64,000 nucleotides of DNA from the NCBI GenBank assembly GCA_026770705.1, contig JANJGN010000016.1, positions 87,110,001-87,174,000 of the forward strand. Direction: 5' to 3'. Below are positions 62,501 to 64,000 of this stretch, one piece after another. The DNA comes from Isurus oxyrinchus. Taxonomy: Eukaryota. The notes under the pieces were generated by a model. The model made no database searches and was not told the origin of the DNA. It saw only the letters and a program-made list of their open reading frames with translations. The position numbers and the translations under genes were made by a program. The first letter of the stretch is position 1; each line of letters begins with the position of its first letter.

Positions 62501-64000
62501 CACACTTCACAATCCAGTCTGTGTACTCAGGTACATCACACTTCACAATCCAGTCTGTGTACTCAGGTACATCACATTTCATAATCCAGTCTGTACTCAG
62601 GTACATCACACTTCACAATCCAGTCTGTGTACTCAGGTAAATCACACTTCACAATCCAGTCTGTGGATTCATATATACCACACTTCACAATCCAGTCTGT
62701 GTACTCAGGCACGTCAAACTTCACAATCCAGTCTGTGTACTCAGGCACGTCACACTTCACAATCCAGTCTGTGTACTGATGTACACCACACTTCACATTC
62801 CGGTCTGTGTATTCAGGTACATCACACTTCACAATCCTGTCTGTGAACGCAGGTAAATCACACTTCACAATCCAATCTGTGTATTCAGGTACATTACACT
62901 TCAGAATCAAGTCTGTGTACTCAGGTACACGACACTTCACAATCCAGTCTGTGTACTCAGGTACATCACACTTCACAATCCTGTTTGTGCACTCATGTAC
63001 ATCACACTTCACATTCAAGTCTGTGTACTCAGGTACATCGGATTTCACCATCCAGTCTCTGTACTCAGGTACATCACACTTCACAATTCAGTCTGTGTAC
63101 TCAGGTACATCACATTTCACAATAAAGGCCGTGTACTCAGGTACATCACACTTCACAATCCTGTCTGTGTACTGTGGTACATCACACTTCACAATCCTGT
63201 CTGCGTACTGAGGTACATCACACTTCACATTCCAGTCTGTGTACTCAGGTACATCACATTTCACAATCCAGTCTGTGTACTCAGGTACCTCACACTTCAC
63301 AATCAAGTCTGTGTACTGAGGTACACCACACATCAGAATCCAGTCTGTGTACTCAGGAGCATCAAACTTCACAACCCAGTCTGTGTACTCAGGTACATCA
63401 CACTTCACAATCCAGTCTGTGTACTCAGGTACATCACACTTCACAATCCAGTCTGTGTACTCAAGTACATCACACTTCACAGTCCAGTCTGTGTACTCAG
63501 GTACATCACATTTCACAATCCAGTGTGTGTACTCAGGTACATCACATTTCATAATCCAGTCTCTGTACTCAGGTACATCACATTTCACAATCCAGTCTGA
63601 GTACTCAGGCACGTCACACTTCACAGTCCAGTCTGTGTACTAATGTACACCACACTTCACATTCCTGTCTGTGTATTCAGGTAAATCACACTTCACAATC
63701 CTGTCTGTGAACTCAGGTACATCAAACTTCACAATCCAGTCTGTGTATTCAGGTACATTACACTTCAGAATCAAGTCTGTGTACTCAGGTACACGACACT
63801 TCAAAATCCAGTCTGTTTACTCAGGAACATCACATTTCACAATGCTGTCTGTGCAGTCATGTACATCACACTTCAGATTCAAGTCTGTGTACTCAGGTGC
63901 ATCGCATTTCACCATCTAGTCTCTGTGCTCAGGTACATCACACTTCACAATCCAGTCTGTGTACTCAGGTACATCACATTTCATAATCCAGTCTGCGTAC
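59515..64000. repeat. 36-bp satellite with a 2660-bp higher-order duplication, continues past right edge
   Basis: Unit TTCACAATCCAGTCTGTGTACTCAGGTACATCACAC. ORF pairs 60147/62807, 60335/62995 and 61011/63671 are all offset by 2660. Confidence 0.96.

Noticed and set aside
59505-63919. FTIQSVYSGTSH / VKCDVPEYTDWI repeat proteins
   Set aside because: 36-bp satellite open on both strands, with sporadic stops and frameshifts; no gene structure.

Overview
Eukaryotic DNA, almost certainly from a cartilaginous fish (shark-type LINEs/SINEs and Ig organisation). The only well-supported gene is one complete, unrearranged immunoglobulin light-chain kappa (NS4-type) cluster on the minus strand. Its parts are: promoter (octamer variant and TATA, 47472-47525), leader exon (47363-47411), V exon (46882-47176) with a consensus 12-RSS, one J (43802-43836) with a 23-RSS, and one C exon (37530-37858). 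Splice phases and reading frames are intact. About 70% of the window is tandem repeat: a >34.5 kb G-rich 28-bp satellite with higher-order duplications downstream of C, a 61-bp minisatellite filling the V-J spacer, a 44-bp pyrimidine minisatellite upstream of the promoter, a 36-bp satellite at the right edge, and several short arrays. The rest is decayed CR1/L2 LINEs, a tRNA-derived SINE and a 165-N gap. Most ORFs in the track are repeat artefacts. Best leads: (1) the 61-bp V-J minisatellite looks like a ~44-fold tandem amplification of the V RSS itself; (2) an untrimmed V-J joint creates an in-frame TAG; (3) the V promoter octamer is non-canonical; (4) related CR1 copies sharing an apparent deletion flank V-J in inverted orientation; (5) the G-rich array is dense in CAGGTAAGT and RGYW motifs. 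All coordinates and counts were read by eye; no alignments or searches were run.
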